Assembly (NCBI GenBank): GCA_963810935.1
Contig: CAWEPK010000008.1
Coordinates: 320,001-384,000, forward strand
DNA length: 64,000 nucleotides
Source: an uncultured delta proteobacterium
Lineage (GTDB): Bacteria > Desulfobacterota > Syntrophorhabdia > Syntrophorhabdales > WCHB1-27
Reading direction: 5' to 3'
Shown here: positions 58,882 through 64,000 of the stretch, piece after piece
Numbering within the stretch: the first letter of the stretch is position 1
Layout of the letters: every line of letters begins with the position of its first letter
Notes under the pieces: model-generated
Database searches by the model: none
Told to the model about the DNA's origin: nothing
The model's input: the letters and a program-made list of their open reading frames with translations, nothing else
Position numbers and translations under genes: made by a program

Positions 58882-60162
58882 ATGGATGGAAACGTAGTCA
58901 TAAAGAACGCGTCCGAGCTCGTTACGTGCAGCGGACAAACCGCGAAGACAGGGCGGGCCATGTCCGACCTGGCAGTCATAAACGGCGGGGCCGTCTCTAT
59001 CGAGAACGGCGTAATTACGCGCGTCGGCCGCACCGACGAGGTCATCCGGGGCCTCGACCTCTCGGGCTTCGAGGTGATAGACGCGACAGGCAAGGCGGTG
59101 CTGCCGGGTCTCATCGACTGCCATACGCATTTCCTCTTTGCGGGGTACAGGGCGGATGAGTTCGCGTGGCGTCTTTCAGGCCTCTCCTATATGGAGATCA
59201 TGGAGCGGGGCGGAGGCATCAGCCGGACGGTCGAGGCGACGCGGCTGGCAACGGAGGACGAGCTTATCGCGGAAGGCGCCAGACGGCTCGACCACATGCT
59301 CTCCTTCGGTGTTACGACTTGTGAAGGTAAAAGCGGCTACGGCCTGGACCATACGACGGAGATAAAACAGCTTCAGGCCATGGCGGCCCTCGACAAGGCC
59401 CATCCGATAGACATTCTGCCGACCTTCCTCGGCGCGCATGCAGTGCCGAAAGAATACATGGGCGATGCGGACGCCTATATAGACTATGTGGCGTCAGACG
59501 TGCTGTCCCATGTTTGCGCCCTCGGGCTCGCCCGCTTCTGCGACGTTTTCTGCGAGAAGGGCGTCTTCGGCATAGAGCAGTCGAGGCGGCTCCTTAAGGC
59601 GGCACGACGGCAGGGCCTCAATATCAAGATCCACGCGGACGAGATTACGCGCCTCGGCGGCGCGGAGCTTGCGGCCGAGCTGGGCGCGACGTCCGCAGAC
59701 CACCTGCTCCACGCCTCCGACGAAGGGGTCCGGGCAATGGCGCGAGAGAGAGTGGTCGCAGTCCTGCTGCCTGCAACGGCTTTCAGCCTGAAGGAGCCCT
59801 ACGCCAGGGCGCGCTTCATGATCGACGAAGGGTGCGCTGTGGCGCTGGCGACGGACCTGAACCCCGGGAGTTGCTTTTCGGAAAATATCCCGCTTGTTTT
59901 CAGCCTCGCCGTCCTATACATGGGCATGACGATCGAGGAGGCGGTAACAGCCTTTACGATAAACGGCGCGGCGGCCCTCGGCCTCGCCTCAAGAGTCGGC
60001 AGCATAGACGCAGGGAAGCAGGGCGACCTGGTAGTCCTGGAATTCCCATCCTACGGATATATCCCCTACCACGTCGGCGTGAGCTGCGTGGAGAAAGTGA
60101 TAAAGAAGGGACGCGTCGTTTTCGACGCATCAAAAGGAGAAGCCAGGGGGCGGCCGTGCTGA
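58882..60162 (+). CDS. hutI: Imidazolonepropionase
   Basis: PGLIDCHTH, GGGI..TV..TR, EGKSGYG, FLGAH, DVFCE, HADE, TDLNPG. Confidence 0.95.
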   Translation: MDGNVVIKNASELVTCSGQTAKTGRAMSDLAVINGGAVSIENGVITRVGRTDEVIRGLDLSGFEVIDATGKAVLPGLIDCHTHFLFAGYRADEFAWRLSGLSYMEIMERGGGISRTVEATRLATEDELIAEGARRLDHMLSFGVTTCEGKSGYGLDHTTEIKQLQAMAALDKAHPIDILPTFLGAHAVPKEYMGDADAYIDYVASDVLSHVCALGLARFCDVFCEKGVFGIEQSRRLLKAARRQGLNIKIHADEITRLGGAELAAELGATSADHLLHASDEGVRAMARERVVAVLLPATAFSLKEPYARARFMIDEGCAVALATDLNPGSCFSENIPLVFSLAVLYMGMTIEEAVTAFTINGAAALGLASRVGSIDAGKQGDLVVLEFPSYGYIPYHVGVSCVEKVIKKGRVVFDASKGEARGRPC

Positions 60163-60752
60163 CGGACCTGACCGTCAAAGAATATATCGACCGGCTCGCC
60201 GGAGGGGAGGCCACGCCGGGCGGCGGCTCCGTTTCCGCACTCGCCGGGGCATTGTCCGCAGCCCTTTCCCGGATGGTCTGCAACCTGACCATAGGCAGGA
60301 AGGGTAACGACGCAGCCCTCGACGAGCGTATGGCAGGCATAGAACGCAAAGCTGCGGAGCTGGGCCGGGCGCTGATCGAAGGCGTAGACCGTGACGCCGA
60401 GGCATACGTGCAGGTAATAAAGGGATACCGCATGCCTAAAACGAGCGAGGCGGAAGTCGCGGCAAGGGAGGCAGCCATACAGGAGGCGCTCAAAGGGGCG
60501 ACGCGAGCCCCCCTCGATGCAGCGCGGGCTGCGTGCAGCCTGATCGACCTTGCGAAAGAGGCAATGACTTACGGGAACAAAAATGCGTACAGCGACGGCG
60601 TCGTGGCAAAGCTCTGCGCCAGGGCGGCAGTCCTCGGCGCTGCCGCGAATGTGCGGATCAACCTGCCGTCCGTAAAGGACGAGGCGTTCCGCAAGAGTAC
60701 GCTGTCCGAGATCGAAGCGCTGGAGAAGAAGGCGCTCGACAAGGGAAAGTAA
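60156..60752 (+). CDS. fchA: Formiminotetrahydrofolate cyclodeaminase/methenyl-THF cyclohydrolase
   Basis: TPGGGSVSA, D.DA.AY, GN.NA.SD, NV.INL. Confidence 0.88.
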   Translation: MLTDLTVKEYIDRLAGGEATPGGGSVSALAGALSAALSRMVCNLTIGRKGNDAALDERMAGIERKAAELGRALIEGVDRDAEAYVQVIKGYRMPKTSEAEVAAREAAIQEALKGATRAPLDAARAACSLIDLAKEAMTYGNKNAYSDGVVAKLCARAAVLGAAANVRINLPSVKDEAFRKSTLSEIEALEKKALDKGK

Positions 60753-60917
60753 GGAGCGGGCGCGAAAGCCGCGGCTCGGCCTGGGCGTCTTAAGCAAGCC
60801 GGATTTAATCATGCCCAGCGGATAGTGGTAAACTTGGAAACACCGAGGCAGAAGGGGGCGGTCCCCCCTGCCCCACTTTAACGCGGCCCCGACGCATGGG
60901 GGAGGGGAAACAGGATA

Positions 60918-61097
60918 ATGACAGACACCGACGAACTATTAAAGCTGCTCGAAGAGAAGCTTGATACGACGCGCAAGATGATCGATGAATTTGAGGAGGG
61001 GATGGATTACGCGACCCATTGCAGCCTTCAAGGTTTCGCCGAGGGCATCGCGTACACTATAGAAGAGATCAAGGGGCTAACCGGCAAAAGCGCGTAA
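60918..61097 (+). CDS. Small hypothetical protein (59 aa)
   Basis: Below the ORF-track cutoff: MTDTDELLKLLEEKLDTTRKMIDEFEEGMDYATHCSLQGFAEGIAYTIEEIKGLTGKSA; purine-rich RBS; ends 10 nt before mlaE. Confidence 0.6.
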   Translation: MTDTDELLKLLEEKLDTTRKMIDEFEEGMDYATHCSLQGFAEGIAYTIEEIKGLTGKSA

Positions 61098-61107
61098 GCG
61101 AGGCCGC

Positions 61108-62250
61108 ATGCAAACGGGCAGTGAGGGCAAGGGGGGGGCGATATCCATCTCTATCGGAGACAAGGGAGAAGCTCGTCTGGCGCTGACCGGCCGCATCGGC
61201 CTCGACAACCTGAATGAACTCATACGCCAGTCCGCCGCCCTTTTCGCGAAGGACCCACGACATATCGTCGCTGACCTCGGCCGCCTCGAAGAGGCGGACA
61301 GCGCGGCCGCCCTCTTCCTGCTCCAGATGGAGGATGAAGCCCGCCGCCGCTCTATACCGTTCGAATTCCTGAAAATACCACAGCGCGTCCAGAGCATTAT
61401 GGACCTTTTGGACCGGGATGCCCTCCGGCCCGCCCCGTCCCCCCCGGTAAAGCACCGGAACGTCTTCGAGGCGATGGGGGAGACAACCGCGCACCTTTTC
61501 GGCGACGTCGGCCAGGTTATCACCTTCGGCGGCACCCTGCTCTGGGAGGTGACGCTTGCGGTCCGGCACCCGTCGTCCGTCCGATGGAAGGATGTCATCG
61601 TCTACATGAAAAAAGTGGGCGTGGACGGCCTGCCTATACTCGCCCTCATCAGCTTCCTCATGGGTCTGATCATGGCTTTCATGTCTTCGCTGCAATTGAA
61701 GCAGTTCGGGGGTAACGCGTACGTCGCCTCCCTGGTAGCCCTGGCGATGGTCAGGGAGCTCGGCCCCATTATCACGGCTATCCTGGTCGCCGGCAGGTCC
61801 GGCTCGGCCTTTGCCGCAGAGATAGGCACTATGGTGGTGAACGAAGAGGTCGATTCGCTGACGACGATGGGGTTCAGCCCCATCAGGTTCCTTGCCGTCC
61901 CCAAGCTCATTGCGGCAGCCGTCATGGTGCCACTGCTCACCTTTTTCGCGGACTTGTTCGCTATTGTCGGCGGCATGTGCGTCGGCATCCTCGGCCTCGA
62001 TCTCACATTCCATACATACGAGCAATACACGTCGTGGGCGATCACTACGACCGACATATTTAACGGCGTGATCAAATCCTTCACCTTCGCCATCCTGATC
62101 GCCGCCATAGGGTGCCAGAGGGGGTTCGCGGTCAGGGGAGGGGCACAGGCGGTCGGCGACGCCACTACCTCCGCCGTCGTATCGGGACTTTTCCTTATCA
62201 TAGTGACCGACTCTGCATATGCGGTCATATTCAATTACGTGCACTGGTGA
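61108..62250 (+). CDS. mlaE: MlaE-family ABC permease with N-terminal STAS domain
   Basis: DL..LE..DSAA (STAS), RELGP, GRSGSAFAAEIGTM...EEVD.L, VG.ATT.AVV. Confidence 0.9.
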   Translation: MQTGSEGKGGAISISIGDKGEARLALTGRIGLDNLNELIRQSAALFAKDPRHIVADLGRLEEADSAAALFLLQMEDEARRRSIPFEFLKIPQRVQSIMDLLDRDALRPAPSPPVKHRNVFEAMGETTAHLFGDVGQVITFGGTLLWEVTLAVRHPSSVRWKDVIVYMKKVGVDGLPILALISFLMGLIMAFMSSLQLKQFGGNAYVASLVALAMVRELGPIITAILVAGRSGSAFAAEIGTMVVNEEVDSLTTMGFSPIRFLAVPKLIAAAVMVPLLTFFADLFAIVGGMCVGILGLDLTFHTYEQYTSWAITTTDIFNGVIKSFTFAILIAAIGCQRGFAVRGGAQAVGDATTSAVVSGLFLIIVTDSAYAVIFNYVHW

Positions 62251-62258
62251 GGGCCGGC

Positions 62259-63047
62259 GTGGGCGAAACCGCCGAAAAAGCGATAGAAGTCGAGGGTCTT
62301 TCCGTACGCTACGGGGACGATGTCATACTGGACAACGTTAGCTTCGACGTAGCCAGCGGCGAGGTCGTGATCATCGCGGGGGCGAGCGGCTCCGGCAAAT
62401 CGACGCTTCTGCGCCACATGATCGGCCTGGCAAGGCCGTCGTCCGGCCGCGTGCTGATCTGCGGCGTCGATATAGCGAGCGCATCCGACGACGAGATGCG
62501 GCCGGTCAGACGGGACACGGGTATGCTCTTCCAGTCGAGCGGCCTCCTCGGGTCGATGACGCTCGGCGAAAACATCGACCTGCCGTTGTCGGGGTTCACC
62601 GACCTCGACGAGCAGATGCGCGCGGCCATCGTGCGCGAGAAGCTGGCCATGGTGGGACTTTTGGGCTACGAGGACCACCTGCCGGGCGAGCTTTCGGGCG
62701 GCATGAGGAAGAGGGCCGGGATCGCAAGGGCCATGGCCCTCGATCCGGGGATGCTCTTCCTCGACGAACCCTTCGCCGGCCTCGACCCGATAACTTCGGC
62801 AGGCGTCGAGGATCTGGTGCAGAAAATAAACAGGGGTATGGGGACGACGATGGTAATTGTGAGCCACGAGCTCGAGGCCATCTTCCGTCTGGCCCAAAGA
62901 ATAATTATGCTAGATAAGGGCAAAAGGGGTATAATTGCCGAGGGCGACCCCAAGGCGCTAAGGGATAGGCCGCCTAATTCTCAGGTCAGGCATTTTTTTA
63001 ACCACGAGATAGAGGAAAAGGAAGAGCCGGGAGGACGGCGTACTTAA
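62259..63047 (+). CDS. mlaF: MlaF-family ABC ATP-binding protein
   Basis: GASGSGKST, LSGGMRKR, LDEP.AGLDPI, SHEL; start could be 62247. Confidence 0.9.
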   Translation: MGETAEKAIEVEGLSVRYGDDVILDNVSFDVASGEVVIIAGASGSGKSTLLRHMIGLARPSSGRVLICGVDIASASDDEMRPVRRDTGMLFQSSGLLGSMTLGENIDLPLSGFTDLDEQMRAAIVREKLAMVGLLGYEDHLPGELSGGMRKRAGIARAMALDPGMLFLDEPFAGLDPITSAGVEDLVQKINRGMGTTMVIVSHELEAIFRLAQRIIMLDKGKRGIIAEGDPKALRDRPPNSQVRHFFNHEIEEKEEPGGRRT

Positions 63048-63965
63048 ATGGTACAGCGCAGGGCTTATTTTCTGGTCGGCCTCTTCGTGACCCTCGGGAT
63101 GGTCCTGGGGGCCGCAGCCATCATATGGCTCGGCGCTAACAAGTATTTCCAGCCGGGGGCCGTTTACGTAACGTACTTCGACGAGTCCGTTCAGGGGCTC
63201 CAGGTCGATTCGATAGTCAAGTTCAGGGGCGTCGATATCGGCACGGTGCGGAAGATAGGCGTGGCGCCCGACCAGCGGCTTGTCGAGGTGATCATGAAGC
63301 TCGACGTTAAGGATTTCAACATCCAGGGCGTCGTGGCAAAACTGACGCTCGCCGGCATAACGGGCATAGTCTACGTTGAGCTCGACCGCACGAAGCCGGG
63401 CGAAGCAGGCGTAAAACCAACAACCTTCCAGCCGCCCTACCCCGTCATACCGTCCGCACCGTCCAATATCAAGCAGATAGAGAGCGCCATCACCGAAATG
63501 ATGAAACAGGTGAAGGAGATCGACTTCGCCGGGATATCACGCCAGATAGCCAGGGCGGTCACCTCTCTTGACAAATTTTTCAACAGCCGGCAGGTCAAGC
63601 ACATCATGCAGGACGCAGGCAGCGCGATGGCAAAGCTCTCGGACGCCGCGGACAAGATGGACAAGTTGCTTGCCGGCGGATCCCTCGACGAGGCAGTCGC
63701 AACCGCCAGGGACGCCGTCAAAGAGGCCAGGGCAGTGATAAACAGGGCCAATGCCGAGCTTGAGCGCGTGAACATCGGGCAGACGGCCGCACGGGTGGAC
63801 AGCTTAGTCGAGGGGACGTCGGGGAGGGTGGACTCCGCGCTCACCGAGGTCGAGATTACGGTCGACACGCTGCGCCGCACGGCCGAATCCGTGGAGGAGC
63901 TTGCAGACAGGTTGAAGGCCGACCCCTCGGCGCTCATCTTCAGCAAGCCGCCGAAAGGAGAATAG
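63048..63965 (+). CDS. mlaD: MlaD/MCE-domain protein
   Basis: N-terminal TM, FDESVQGL...S.VKFRGV.IG.V, GITG..YVEL, helical tail ending DPSALIF. Confidence 0.88.
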   Translation: MVQRRAYFLVGLFVTLGMVLGAAAIIWLGANKYFQPGAVYVTYFDESVQGLQVDSIVKFRGVDIGTVRKIGVAPDQRLVEVIMKLDVKDFNIQGVVAKLTLAGITGIVYVELDRTKPGEAGVKPTTFQPPYPVIPSAPSNIKQIESAITEMMKQVKEIDFAGISRQIARAVTSLDKFFNSRQVKHIMQDAGSAMAKLSDAADKMDKLLAGGSLDEAVATARDAVKEARAVINRANAELERVNIGQTAARVDSLVEGTSGRVDSALTEVEITVDTLRRTAESVEELADRLKADPSALIFSKPPKGE

Positions 63966-63966
63966 C

Positions 63967-64000
63967 ATGCGGGCGAAAGCTGCCGTCCTTTACGCCGTTG
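63967..64000 (+). CDS. Start of the next gene (possibly an ABC auxiliary lipoprotein), truncated by the window edge
   Basis: AAGGAG RBS, then MRAKAAVLYAV; product inferred from operon position only. Confidence 0.35.
   Translation, partial: MRAKAAVLYAV

Overview
GC-rich bacterial chromosomal segment, probably from an anaerobic Desulfobacterota (deltaproteobacterial) organism; this is inferred from the gene orders radical SAM-rng-ispE-spoVG-prs-rplY-pth-ychF and ftsK-lolA-recO-glyQS-ppdK. Most of it is housekeeping or metabolic: bioFAD, aconitase/icd, pfkA, a THF-dependent hut cluster, an Mla/MCE ABC transporter and tRNA-Pro(TGG). Three AT-richer accessory blocks interrupt it: (1) an orphan HicB, an orphan MNT and an unknown gene (8.7-9.7 kb); (2) a gene with a ribbon-helix-helix-like C-terminus and a perfect operator around its -10 box (16.1-16.8 kb); (3) a Gabija-like OLD nuclease/UvrD pair (43-47 kb). 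The most striking unexplained signal is that each block lies next to a copy of the same ~125-155 bp palindromic element, and always on the same side of it. No transposase or integrase is present in the window. Other oddities: a degenerate tRNA-Gln-like relic between spoVG and prs, a ~280 nt highly structured intergenic region next to a phage-replication-like gene, a frameshifted BaeR-like regulator, and three sigma54-type promoters. All family assignments come from motif recognition by eye, not database searches.
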